A stretch of 63,727 bases of DNA, filler included, from Reclinomonas americana ATCC 50394 (Eukaryota): the NCBI GenBank assembly GCA_048213135.1. It is 15 parts of 15 records of this genome, joined end to end, with 100 filler letters (N's around TTAATTAATTAA, not from the genome) between each part and the next. Parts side by side here need not be neighbours in the genome. Positions count along the whole stretch, not along the records: positions 26,545 to 28,310 come from AFZH01021207.1; positions 28,411 to 32,594 come from AFZH01021208.1; positions 32,695 to 36,222 come from AFZH01021209.1; positions 36,323 to 47,135 come from AFZH01021210.1; 11 more parts are not named here. One strand, written 5' to 3'. The notes below the pieces were generated by a model. That model made no database searches. It was not told the origin of the DNA and saw only the letters and a list, made by a program, of their open reading frames with translations. Within the stretch, counting starts at the first letter, position 1; each line of letters begins with the position of its first letter. The translations under genes were made by a program, and so were the position numbers. Shown here piece by piece: positions 26,545-39,700 of the stretch.

Positions 26545-29500
26545 AGGCGACCGCGTGAGTGGCGACGAGCCGCTGTCCACCGACGACGACCTTTGTCGCG
26601 TGTGGACCGAGTCGGTGACGTCGTGTACGTGCGACATGGCAGGCACTCCCGACGCACGCTGGCGTTCTTGTTGGAGACGCCACTCCTCCGCCAGCGAGTT
26701 GCGCGGCGGTGGTGGTGGCGGTGGCATCGAGCCGTTGACACCGGGACTGCCCGGCAATTCTCGCGGCGACGAACCCGACGAGGCCGACGACCCGGCCGTG
26801 ATGAACGAGTTGCGCAAACGGCCCGTGCCTCCTACTGACGCAGTCTCGAACACGGAGATCGCACCGACAGCGGCGGCCACTGATCGTGGTGAGCGTGGGG
26901 ATTCGCCAGCCTGAGCACAAGGGCGATGAGCACAAGAAAACATTCCTTGATATGAGAACCTATGATTGAAGCGCAACTGCATGCTGCGGTGCACCAGCCG
27001 ACAAGAGGCCCGTGCTGCTCACGACGGGTGACGACGACGACACGGTGCCGACGACGCCGCCACTGCCACCACCGGCGGGCGCCGAGCTGCCACTGGCGCT
27101 TCCAAAGGCACCCGCGTGTGTGGGAATGGTGACGGGCGACGACGGACCCGCCTCCGAATCCGACGCCACATCGTGCAAATCGTGCCCGTACGCCACCTCC
27201 GAGTCGAACGGCGGGTCGTAGTCGTCGTCGGACTCGGTGTACGGATCGCTCTCCAGCGTGTCCACGTCGCCACCGTCGTCGGCCCCGGCGGCAGCTGAAC
27301 CAGCGGCGGCAGCAGCACCCGAGGGAGCGGCATCGGCGGCCGCCGACACTGGAGTCATCGCGCTGCCCATGAATCCCACTCCCACCGCCTGCTGTGCCGC
27401 CAGCAAATCGCGCTCCGCTTCCTCCTCCTCCGGCACCGCCACTGGCGTGTCGAGGAAGAAGAGCTCCACGGAAAAGTCGCGCGGGTACTTTTTGCACTTT
27501 TTGTCCTTCAGCTTGTCGAGGTTCCATCTGTCGATCTTCATGTAGCAGTCCTCCACGAACGAGGTGTTCATCCAAAAGTGGAACATTTTTTTCTGCGCAC
27601 CGTGGAGGGAAGGGGTGAGGACAGGAAAAAGGAGAAGGTAAAAAGGGGAAGGGGGGAGGGGGAGGGAGGGTGAGAGGGGGGAGGGGGAGAAAAGGGAAGA
27701 AAAAGGGAGAAGAGAAAGGGAGACGAGGAGGAGGAGGAGAAGGGGAAAGAGAAGGGGGAGGAGAAGGGGAGGAGAAGGGGAGGAGAAGGGAGAGGAGAAG
27801 GGGAAGGAGAAAAGAAGTAGAAAGGTGGGAGGACAAAGAAGAAGGGGAAGAGAAAGGGAGAATGGAGTTGACAGACAAAGAGAGCAGCGGGGAGAGAAGG
27901 GGGAGAAAAAGGGGGAAGAAAGAGAGAAGAGAAAGGGAGAAGAGAAGGGGGAAGAGAAGGGGAAGACGGGGGTAGATAATACAGAAGAGAGAGAGATGGT
28001 GCGAAGGGGGAGAGAGAAAGGGGGAGAGCAGGGTGAGGTGAGGGGGAGAGGAGACGATGTGTGGAGATGGAGGAGACAATGTGGGGAAATGAGAGAAAAG
28101 ACGAGAGAAATGAAGAGGGAACAGATTTGTTGAGAGAAGCGAGCGGAAAGAAGAGAAGGATGTTTTGAGATAGGTGAGAAGATTCACACAGACATGAATA
28201 ATTGGTGCAAGGAATTACTCAGGAGATGAGGAATGAAGGGAGGAGAGGAAGCGCGGGGCAGAGAAGAAATGAGGTGAGAGAGAATGAGCAGCTGGCTTCA
28301 TCAGCATGACNNNNNNNNNNNNNNNNNNNNNNNNNNNNNNNNNNNNNNNNNNNNTTAATTAATTAANNNNNNNNNNNNNNNNNNNNNNNNNNNNNNNNNN
28401 NNNNNNNNNNGAACAGATTTGTTGAGAGAAGCGAGCGGAAAGAAGAGAAGGATGTTTTGAGATAGGTGAGAAGATTCACACAGACATGAATAATTGGTGC
28501 AAGGAATTACTCAGGAGATGAGGAATGAAGGGAGGAGAGGAAGCGCGGGGCAGAGAAGAAATGAGGTGAGAGAGAATGAGCAGCTGGCTTCATCAGCATG
28601 ACAGGAATGGGAGAAAAGAGTGCCCTGTCCAGCCTCTTGCCGCACGCAACTCCCTTGTTGTAGAACTCAAACTTGATGTCCCCACACAGCGGTAGTCGCA
28701 TGCAATCCAGCATCATTTCTACGTCGGATTCCTTGTACGATGGCAGTTTGGGGTGGTGCGTGTGGTAGCGGAAGAGCTCCGTGCCGGCAATGTGTGAGAT
28801 GCGGAAGTCGGGTTCTGCGAGGAAGGGAGAAGGGGGAGGTAAGGGGAAGGGTAGGTAAGGGGAAGGGTAAGGGAAAGGGGAGGAAAGGGGGGAAAGAGAG
28901 AGGGGAGGGAAAGGAAGAGAGGGAAAGGAAGAGAGGAAAAGGGAGGAAAGGGGGGAAGGCAGAAACAAAGAGAAGGAGGGAAGGTGAAAGTAAGTGCACA
29001 AGAGAGAAGAAGAGAGGCACAGATTAATCAGCGCCCGCTCGCTCAACTCGCCCACTTGCTCAAACTCCCATCCATCGCTCTACAAGTCTCGCCCATCTCC
29101 TGCCAACTTCCTCTTCCTTTGAGGACACGCAACTGCATCCACCCTTGGGGATTGGTGACATTTTTACGGTCTGCAGGAAGAGACTGCCCTCGCGGACCTT
29201 GCCACGCTTGAGGTAATCCGCAAAGTAGCGCACGTAGCGTTCTTGACTGCGAATGGTGACGCCCTGTTCGCAAGGAATTCAGGGTGAGATGAGAGAGGAG
29301 GAGAAGAAGAAGCTGTACCAAAATACACACACCTTGCCGTCATGTGTTCGCTGCTCGGCATAGTAGTCGAGCACCTCGTCGGCGGTCTCGTACTGACCCG
29401 TGTAGAAGAGGTAGCAGCAAATCATGAGTCCGGTGCGGCCCTGTGAGGAGAGAGTGAGCGATTTGATAGGGGAAAGAGAGACAGTCAATAGGCCTCCTGA

Positions 29501-31734
29501 CTGTCGTTTCTCTATTTTCTAACTAAAGCCCATTGTCCTTCGAGCCTCACGACTCCCCTCGCATGTCTCTGTTTTCTCAACTCTGCACTCGTTTTGAAAG
29601 CTCTCGATCTTCGAGCCCCCGGTTCTCTCCCCATGTCTCTGTGTCTTCAACGCTTCACTCCTCTCCAGAAACTCTCATTCTTAATGCCACACGATTTTTC
29701 TCGCATGTCCGTGTTGTCTTAACTCTTCACTCGTCTTCGAAAGCTCTCGATCTTCGAGCCCCCCGGTTCTCTCCCCATGTCTCTGTGTCTTCAACGCTTC
29801 ACTCTTCTCCAGAAACTCTCGCTCTTCGAGCTCAACGATTCCCATCGATGTCTCTCATATCTAAACGCCCCACTCGACTCCAGCAGCTGTCTTCAAGCTC
29901 CACAGTTCTTCTCGAATTTCGCCGTTTCCTAAATAATGCAGTCCTCTCCAGTAACTCTCGCTCATTTCTCAATCCTCTCCAGCAACTCTCCGTCTTCGGT
30001 TCTCTTCTGTTGCATCTCCGTCTGATTGTATCCACAGCACCATCCCTTCGGTCTCACACGCCTCACGAGCTGCACGGCTCTCCAACCTTCTCTGTCGCCT
30101 CTGCACTCTCACATCCCATCGCCATTTCTCTCGGCCCCCATCCCATCGTGAAGCCCAACTCACCTTGCCAGCTTTGCAGTGAATGGCGCACACATTGAGC
30201 GGATCCTGATCCAGAAACTCCTGGCAATCGCGGCAGAACGGCAGAATCGAATCGAAAGGCGGCGCCATGTGATCGTCAAACGGGTAGCATGCCACTGCGA
30301 GAGAATGCACATGAATAATGGCGAACAACGGAGAGACCTTCTTGCTGGAAAAATGAATGACAGAGCGATACAACGATCGAAACAAAGTCTCGCACAGTCA
30401 ACTCGCTGACCACAGAAGAAGTGAAAGAACAAATCCAACGACCGCAATCGATGTGCAAGCCACCAGAGATGAGTGAGAGGTGGCGCGATCAAGACACATT
30501 CACCCCCTGAATGCAATCGAAGTGCAAGAGAAGTGAAAGAGTCAACTCGCTGACAGTGATCGGAGCGCAAGGTAGAGCAGTCAGCACAAGGTCTCGCGCA
30601 GTCAACCCGCTGAGCGATTAGCAAGAGGTGGCACGATCAAGGCACATTCTCGCAGTCAACGCACTGACTGCAAGACGAGCGAAAGAATCATGCAACAACG
30701 AGTACAAAGGCTCACGGGGCGCAATCGATGCCACAGGAGAACAAGACGAAGCGATCAGCACAATATCTCGTGCAGTCAACGAGCAGACTCTAAGTGATGA
30801 ACAAGACAAGCAACACCGCGATGAAGACACGATCTCGCAGTCAACTCAATGCTGACTGCAACGCAGGCGAGGGAAAGACAAGGACAGCAATCCAAGTGCA
30901 AGAGAAGCGAAAGACTGATGCAACGGTGAAGACAAAGTCTCGCGCAGTCAAAGCACTGACTACATCGAAGTGCAAGACAAGCAACAACACGACCAAGACA
31001 CGATCTCGCAGTCACTCGATGCTGACTAACACGGCGATCACAGTCAACTCAATGCTGACAGCAATCGACGTGCAAGAGAAGCGAGAGACTGATGCAACGG
31101 TGAACACAAAGTCTCGCACAGTCAACGCGCTGGCTGCATCGCAGAGCAAGACAGGCAACAACGCGACCAAGACACGATCTTGCAGTCAACTCGATGCTGA
31201 CTAACACGGCGATCACTGTCAACTCAATGCTGACAGCAATCCAAGTGCAAGAGGAATGAAAGATTGATGAAGCGATCAGCACAAAGTCTCGCACAGTCAA
31301 AGTGCTGACTGCATCGAAGTGCAAGACAAGCAACAACGCGATCAAGACACGATCTCGCAGTCACTCGATGCTGACTAACACGGCGATCACTGTCAACTCA
31401 ATCCTGACTGAATCCAAGTGCAAGAGGAAAGACTGATGCAACGGCGAACACAAAGTCTCGCACAGTCAACGCCCTGACTGCAGCTGATGCACAAAGACAA
31501 CAAGTCTCGCACAGTCAACTCACACTGACTGCAATTGAAGTACACACTGATGGAAATCATGCCATCAAAGTGCACTGTCTGCAACGCTCCAACGAGGCAC
31601 ACGTGCACAGAGACAGAGAGTGTGTGTATGTGTGAGAGCGCCTTTCACACACCCTCGACATTGATATTCAGACGAACAAACTCAAGCACACATGCAATGC
31701 CTGCCTGCCTGCCTTTCTCTCTCACTATGTGTCA

Positions 31735-31771
<37 letters not shown>

Positions 31772-32789
31772 AGAAGAAGGAGGGCGCGCAACAAAAAAAC
31801 ACAAACCTCGCCCGTCGAAATGTGCCGCGTCGTACGTCCGCTCCGAGCACAGGTTGTAGACCTTGAAGTGATCGCCATGTCGCTCCTTCATGAACCTACA
31901 CACATAGAGAGAGACAGAGACAGACGCGTGTGTGAGCGAGTGAGGAAAGACAGAGAGAGTGCCTGAGATGGCCGCAGAAAAACAACACGCCCACTCTCTG
32001 CCTCCACGCTGCTGCCGTACACGGGATCTACACAACGACACGCACACGAGTGGATGCAGCAACAAGCAATCGCACACAGGAGAAACAACGAGCACACAGA
32101 GAGCGCGAGATGGCCGCACAACAGAAAAACAACGCGCCCCTTATCTGCCTCTGCGCTGCAACCGAGCACGCGACACACACAGGCACATGCACACGAGTGG
32201 AGAGAGCGCAACAGACGCGCGCACAGGGGAAACAGGGCGAAGAGAGTGATGGCGAGATGGCCGACGACTCTGGCGCACGCACACAAACACGCACACTGAT
32301 CGCTCTCTCTCTCACATGCGCACGTACACACATAGACACACACACATGCACACACGCGCACGTGTGAGTGATGGTGCGCGAGATGGCTCTCACTCACTGT
32401 CTTCTCTCTCTCACACACACTAACACACTCTCTTCTCTCTGCGCTCCACCTCTTCACATCGGCCATCTTGTTGCGATACTGTCCCTCAAGACCCTCCGCA
32501 GGAAAGCCCATTGCGATAATCCGATCTGTAATGTACCTGTTAACACACACACACAAACAGATGAGTTACATGAGAAGAAGTGTGTGTCTTTCGANNNNNN
32601 NNNNNNNNNNNNNNNNNNNNNNNNNNNNNNNNNNNNNNTTAATTAATTAANNNNNNNNNNNNNNNNNNNNNNNNNNNNNNNNNNNNNNNNNNNNGTGTGT
32701 GTTGTTACTCACGCAAGATCGAGACTGAAACCGTCCTCTTCGAGGCGCTTCTTTCGTCGCGAAACCAGTCTTCTCACAAAGTCAGGCAT
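26545..32789 (-). CDS. PTEN: PTEN-family phosphoinositide 3-phosphatase with C2 domain and long acidic/Ser-rich tail; 3' end lost in a gap
   Basis: Nine exons give [58 protein letters not shown], the catalytic HCKAGK|GRTG, GVTIRSQERYVRYF, and the C2 motif GDIKFEFYNKG|KKMFHFWMNTSF. Confidence 0.95.
30370..31540. repeat. Degenerate higher-order tandem repeat in a PTEN intron
   Basis: Recurring CAAAGTCTCGCACAGTCAAC, GACACGATCTCGCAGTC and CTCAATGCTGAC. Confidence 0.85.
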
Positions 32790-33777
32790 TCCGCACAGTA
32801 GACAGCAGCACACGTTGCAGTGTGTGCACCGGCAGTAGTATGTAAAGCAGAAGCAGCACAAAATACAAAAGATGACAGAGAGTTGACAGAGAGAGAGAGA
32901 GAGAGTGTGTGTGTTTAGACAATCGCGATCGCTTTCTCTCGGTGTGTGTGTGTGTGTGTCTGTGTGGGTAGTGCGTTGGGCACACGTGCACGCTCACTGT
33001 TAGTGTGCGAGTGTGCGTGTTGAGAGTGAGAGAGTGAGTGATTTTGTCCTGCGATCAATGCATTGGACGTTGCGTGAGTGCGTGTGCGTGGTTGCTGCGA
33101 GTGGCTGCGAGTCGTGTGCGCACAGTGGTGGAGAGCGTAGTGCTGTGGAGAGCGCTGTTCGTGCTTGAGGAATTCGTCCTGTGGCGATCGCGACGTCGTG
33201 GTGTGGTCGGTGAGCGAGCGGATGGCGATGGTGCGCAATGCACTATGCATGCGAGGGTGCGTCGCTGAGCGTGCGACAAGCAGCAACGCGCAGTGGAAAC
33301 GATGTCCTGTGCGCTATCGACGTCGACGAAATCAGAAAATCAACAATTCATTCACCAACAAACAACCAACAGCGGTCTTGATGACGAGACATAAACACAA
33401 TCACTAGTCTCGAGGCAGCAGCAGGTTTCTTTTGTGTTTTGCTCTCGCGATCGAGCTCAGAGCTTCAAATTCGAAATTTGCCTCGGGAAAGGGAAGATGA
33501 CTGTTAGAGAAGTAATTATGTGTGTTGTATATTGCTGGCGGTGTGCCAAGGCCATTGTCGGCAAGGGATTTGTGGGCGTTTATCGCATTATTGGAATGCG
33601 GTAAATGTTCGAAGTGTTTTGTTTTTTTGTTTCAAGTCGAGAACTGCGATCTACGTTTTGTAGCACTTAATGCGAAAGAGCGACACACGCGCACACATGC
33701 AATAGTCAGTGGCGCAACGAGCACAGCTGCTCAGCATTCCACGCGCGCGCGACAATTGCATCGGTGTCCTGTTGCAA

Positions 33778-36700
33778 ATGGTATGAGTCATCAAGTGAGA
33801 CGTTGAGAAAAAATCGATCAAGTGACTGAGTGAGAGTGTGTGTGTGAGAGAGAGAGAGCTCACATGACAGCCTCTCTCGCACAGGCGTCTGAGCAGACGA
33901 GTCTGCTGTTGCGTGAGAAAAAGGGAGGGAAAGAGAGAGAGGGAAAAGAAAGTAGAAGTTGGTCACTCTCTCACTCTGTCTCTCTTTCTCACTCATATGC
34001 AGACACACACTTTGTGTCACACTCATTTATGCACAGTCTCTCTTTCATTTGCTTTACCTTGTTCTCTCAGTCTCTGTATCTCTCAGACTCTCTTCGTCTC
34101 TCTCTCTCTCTCTCTCGTTCACACTTTCTCTGACTCTCACTCTGCCTCTCACTCTCACTCTCTGCCTCTCACTCTCACTCACATGCAGACACACTCACTC
34201 TCTCAGTCTCTCACTCTCTTTGTCTCTCACTCACTCTCTCTCTCTCGTTCACACACTCTCTCTGTCTCTCACTCTGTCACTCTTCCTCTCTCCCTCTCTC
34301 TCCCTCTCTCTCTCTCTCTCTCCCTCTTCCCTCTCACACACTCACTCTCTCGTTCACACTCAATCTCTGTCTCTCACTCTCTATCTCTCGCTCACTCTGC
34401 CTCTCACTCACTGTCCCTCACCCTCTCTCTCTCACTCACTGTCTCTCACTCTCTCTCTCTCTCTCTCACTCACTTTGCCTCTCTCTCTCTCTCTCTCTCT
34501 CCCTTTCCTTTCTCTCACTGTTCTTCTTCTTCTTTTCATTGCAGGAACATTTTCGGTTTCGATCCGCACGTGAAGAACGGGTGCTTTTACGTGAGCGAAA
34601 ACCAAGTGGTGTACTCGACCGGTCGCCATGTGATTCTCTACAATAGCGAGGACAAGGTCATCTTCAGGGTGAGTGTGCATGGAGGGAAGGGGAAAGGGGA
34701 GGAAGAGCGAGAGAGGGAGGGGGACAAAGAGAGGAAAGGGGGAGGAAAGAAGCGATGAAGGAAAGAAAGAGAAGAAGGCAGAGGAAGGGAAAGAGTGAGT
34801 ACGAAAGAAACGGAGAGAGAGAGGGAAAGGAAGAGATGAGGGGGAAGGCAAGCACGAGAGAATATTAGAGACAGGGGCGGATGGAAGCGATGAAGGAAAG
34901 GAGGAGATGAAGGCAGAGGAAGAGAAAGAGAGAGTACGAAAGAAGCGGAGAGAATGAGAGAGGACTGAGAGGGAGAGAGAAAAAATGAGAGATAGAGGGG
35001 CATGAGGAGAAGAGAGGGGATGGATGAGCGACATACAGGAACAAATCACGCGAGGCGCATACAGAGAACGGGAGAGACGCACATAGTGTGCGAGAGAGGC
35101 TCTCGTTCTCTTGAGTGCTGAGCCATAGAACGAGAGACTCACTCAAGAGAAGAGGGAGTACGAGGGAGACGCTCGTTCTCTGCGTGCTGATCCACACACA
35201 CACATACGTTGGGTTAGAATGGGAGACTCACTCATGAGAAGAGGGAGTACGAGGGAGGCGCTCGCTCTCTGAGTGCTGATCCACACACATGAATTACGGA
35301 GGATTAGAGGTTGTGGAACAAAGAACGAGAGAGAGAGAGGAACGAGTCCTTCTCTCTCTTACCCAGTGTCGTGCTTCACTCTCCACCTATCTGCCTCCTC
35401 GTCCTCCACATCCCTCTGCCTCATGCTTTCCTCCTTTTTCTCCTCCTTTCCCTCCATAGGGCTCGGAAGACATGGAATGCATCACCGCCCTGGCTTGCAC
35501 GTACGACCGCGGTCAGGTGGCCGTGGCCGAGCGCGGTCCACGCGCACAGATCTTTGGCATTGACGTGGTGCGCGTGCACAAGAAGAAGACGCTGTACTCG
35601 GAGACTATTCAGGCGCGCGAGTACCTCTCCATGTGTTTCCCGCGCGACAAGCGCATCCTCTACACGATCACTGGCGAACCGGATTACCAGCTGGTGGTGT
35701 GGAGCTGGGACAAGGGACGCATCATTTGCTCGGTGCCGCTCATCACCCCGAGTGACGATCCGACGGCGCGGCCGATTGAGGTCAAGGCCGACCCGGATGA
35801 GAGCTCCATTGTCAGTGTGTGCGGTCACAAGATGTTCAAGGTGAGCGGGAGGGGAAGAAGGGAGGGGAAGGGGAGGGAAAGGGGAGATGGGAATGAGGAC
35901 GTGATGGTTTTGGAGACATCTCTTGCGAATGACACATCAGTGTCTTCTGTTCTTTAGTCTCTCAACGTCTCTCTTTCCTGCGTATTTAGTCTTCATTGCT
36001 GTCACCTGTGCGCACTCAGTGCCTGTCTGCATCGTGTTATCTTTCTTGCAGAGCTATTCCCCATCTTCGTTGCACTCTCTCTGGCGTCACTTCTCTCTAA
36101 TTCGTCTTCCTCTTGCATCGTCTCCTTTGTCATCTGCTCTCTCTCTCTCTCTCTGTCTGTCTTTCTCTATCTCGTCTTTCTGCCTTGTCTCTCTGTCTCT
36201 CTCTCTGTCTCTCTCTGTCTCTNNNNNNNNNNNNNNNNNNNNNNNNNNNNNNNNNNNNNNNNNNNNTTAATTAATTAANNNNNNNNNNNNNNNNNNNNNN
36301 NNNNNNNNNNNNNNNNNNNNNNCTCTGTCTCTCTCTCTCTCTTTGTCTCTCTCTGTCTCTCTCTCTCTGTATCTCTCTCTCTCTTTCTGTCTCTTCTCTC
36401 TGATTCGTCTCCTTCTTGCATTGTCTCCTTTGTCGTCTGCTCTCTCTCTCTCTCTCTCGCTCGCTCTCTGTCTCTCTCTCTATCTCGTCTTTCTGCATTG
36501 TCTCTATGCCTTGTCTCTGCCTTGTGTCTCTGCCTTGTCTCTCTGTCTCGTCTCTCTGCCCTGTCTCTCTGTCTCGTCTCTTTGTCTCGTCTCTCTGCTT
36601 TGCCTCTTTGACTCGTCTCTCTGTCTCGTCTCTCTCTCTCTCTCTCTCGCTCGCCCCTCTGTCTCTCTCTCTTCCCTCGACCTTGCCCCTCTCTCTCTCT

Positions 36701-39700
36701 CTTCCCTCGACCTTGCCCCTCAATCTCCTCTCTTATCTGCCCTCTTTCATCTCCTCGCATGTCGTTCTCATTTCGGTTGCGTCTCCCTTTCTTTCCCCCT
36801 CCCCCTTTGTATCCCTTCCCCTCATCCTTCCCCTTTGCTCACCGTGTCCCCTCCACAGGTCTTCCGCATGGTCGAGGGCGAGCTCCTCCCCGTGGCCATC
36901 TCCTACGGCAAATTCCAACCCTCCAACTTCACCTGCCACGAGTGGGTGATGCCGTCGGTGATTGTCGTCGGTAACGATCAGGGCGAGCTGCTGGTGATGA
37001 CGAACGGCGAGTTTTGGACGACACTGGCCAAACCCGACGAGTCCTGTACACACATTTATTGCATCAGCACGCACTCCAAGGGTTTCGTGTGCGGCGCCAA
37101 CAAGGGCATTATCGGCATGTACGAGCGCACCCGCGACAAGCGCTTCTTGCGTCTGCTGCGCGCGTTCAAGTTGCGAACCGAGACACGACAAGTCTCTCTT
37201 TTCTCTCGCCACACTCACACCTTCTCTATCACGCGACAGGGTGGAAGGCCAGCAAGCCGAGGGCGACGCCGACGACGTTGGCGTGGGTGGCACGCAGGCG
37301 CTGGAGAAGTTTGGCGCGCACGGTGCTGGTGCTGGCGGTGGCGCCTCGGCGGCAGTGAGCCGAAGGCCGCTCTTCTCGGAGCCGACCACCGACATTCCGT
37401 CCATCTCCATTCACCCCTCGGAGGAGCTGATTCTAGTCGGCACGAGCAATCGACAGCTGCTGATTCCGAGTTTTACTTCGATGGATGTGCGCAAGGTGAG
37501 TTTTGGGCAGAAGGGATGTGCAGGCAAAGGTGTTGCCGTTGCGCCTTTCATTCTTCCTCCTCCTCCTCGTTCCGCCTCCTCCCAGTTCTTCTTCCTCTCC
37601 TCCTCCTCGTTTCTCATTCCCCTCTCTCTCCCTTTTTTTCCGCGCAGCCGGACGGCATCCTCTTCGAGCCGCTCCTGTACAGCACGCACTCTCGCGAGAT
37701 CACCGGCATCAGCACGTGCATTCGCAAACCGCTGGTGGCCACGTGCGGACGCGACGGCAGTGTGCGCATCTGGAACTACCTGGATCAGTCGCTCGATATT
37801 TGCAAGTTCTTCTCCGACGAGGCACTCTCCGTGTCGGTGCACCCCACCGGCCTCTTCATCCTGGTCGGCTTTGCCAACAAGCTGCGCCTGATGAATGTGC
37901 TGATGGACGACATTCGTGAGATCAAGTCGTGGCCGCTGCGCAACTGCATGCAGTGCAAGTTCAGTCATGGCGGGCAGTACTTTGCCGCCTCGTTCGGCAA
38001 CAACGTGGCCGTCTTCAACACGTACACGTGCGAGAACTTCAATATCATTCGCCACCCGGCCAATCGCGTGACGTCGTTGTTGTGGACCGAGCATGATCAG
38101 GCGATTATTACGTGAGTCGCGGGAGGGGCGAAGGGGGGAGGAAGGGGAGAAAGGGAGAGGGGGAAGGGGGCGAGAGGGAAGAGAAGAAAGGGAGAAGTGA
38201 GAAAAGGATGAGTAGGGAGAGGGAGAGAGAGAGAGAAAGAAGAAAGATGGACGAGGAAGGGGCGAGGGGAGAGAAAGAGAAGGAGGACAGGGGAGAGAGA
38301 AGGAAGTTGGAGAGAGGGAGAGAGTTCTGACGACGAGGAGTAGACTGACGATGGAGGAAGAAGATGAGGGAAAGAGGAGAGAAGAGTAGGGAGAGAGGCT
38401 TTGTGCGAACAGTGAGGCCCCGCGGTTTTAGTGGGCGGGAGTTAGCAATTGTGACCTTTCTCGCTTCCTCCATTACTCCACTCTGCTGGTAGTGTGCTTC
38501 CGTTTTCCGTCTTCTTGCCTCTGACCATCAGGTCACTCGTTTCCTCGTCTCACTCTTGGTTGTGGTTTCCTCCTCCGCTTCTCCATATTCTCCTCTGTGC
38601 ATTCCTCTATGCATTGCTGTGTGTGTCTTGCCACGTCGCGGCCGTATGACTCTTGCATATTTGCATTCTTGCCAGTTTCCGGGTCTCTATCATTTTCATT
38701 TGGTTTCTTCCCTTGCTCTATCTTGTGCATTCTCTTTCCTTGTCATTTTTGTTCCCTCCGTTTGCCTTCCTTTTTTGCATTTCTTCATTATCTCATTTTG
38801 TGTCCTTTTTCTGGTTGCTTGCAGTTCGCGTTGTGTTTTTCAGTTGTTCTGTCGTTTTTGCATCCCACCGCGAATCTGTCTTCGCATCTTGCTCCTTTTT
38901 GTGTTTTCTTTACCCTCCCCCAGTTCCTTCCTGCTCTCTCTTCTCTTCCACCTTTTCTTTCCCGATTCTTCCTCTTTCCCTCCTTCCCCTGTTCCTTCCC
39001 CCTTCTCCTTCCCCTTTCCCGTCCACCTTCTCCTCCCCCTTTTCCTTCTCCTTCCCCATCCCCCTTCTCCCCTTTCTCCTTCCCCCTTCTCCTTTCCCCT
39101 TCTCCTCCACTTTCCCCTTCCGTCCTTCCCCTTCCGTCCTTCCCCTCCCTCCTTCCCCTTCCCTCCTTCCCCTTCCCTCCTTCCCCTTCCCTCCTTCCCC
39201 TTCCCTCCTTCCCCTTCCCTCCTTCCCCTTCCCTCCGTCCCCCTTCCCTCCTTCCCCTTCCCTCCTTCTCCTCATTCGCCCCCTTTTCGCAGCGCCGGTC
39301 TCGACGGCTCGGCCATCAAGTGGAAGACCTCAAACTGGAGCCGCAAGAAGGACTTCATCTCCAAGACCTCGCCGATCCTGTCGGCGGCCACTGACGGCGA
39401 GATTCTGTTCTTGGCGGGTGGCGACCGCTCGCTGCGTTCGCTGACCAACTTTGAGGAGAAGGAGCCGGTGGTGTCGGTCGGTCACCACCCGCTCACGCAG
39501 CTGGTGCTGGCCAAGTCGCAGCATTTGCTGCTGGCCGGCTGCGACGATGGCTCCATTCGCACCTACAAGTACGACGTCTCCATTAGCACGTACACGCGCA
39601 ATAATGCGCACGTGGGCACGGTGACCGCCATGTGTCTGTCGTACGACGAGACCATGTTGTTTAGCGGTGGTGCTGATGGAACGCTGTGTATGTTCCGCAT

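Noticed and set aside
28121..28602. Exact ~190-bp direct repeat around a gap
   Set aside because: Identical contig-end overlap on both sides of the spacer; an unmerged assembly overlap.
37165..37240. Possible non-canonical TT-AG introns (G|TTGCG)
   Set aside because: Keeping the G in the exon breaks the frame with the AG acceptor here and at 24892, 10201 and 471. The introns are GT-AG and only the downstream register is shifted.
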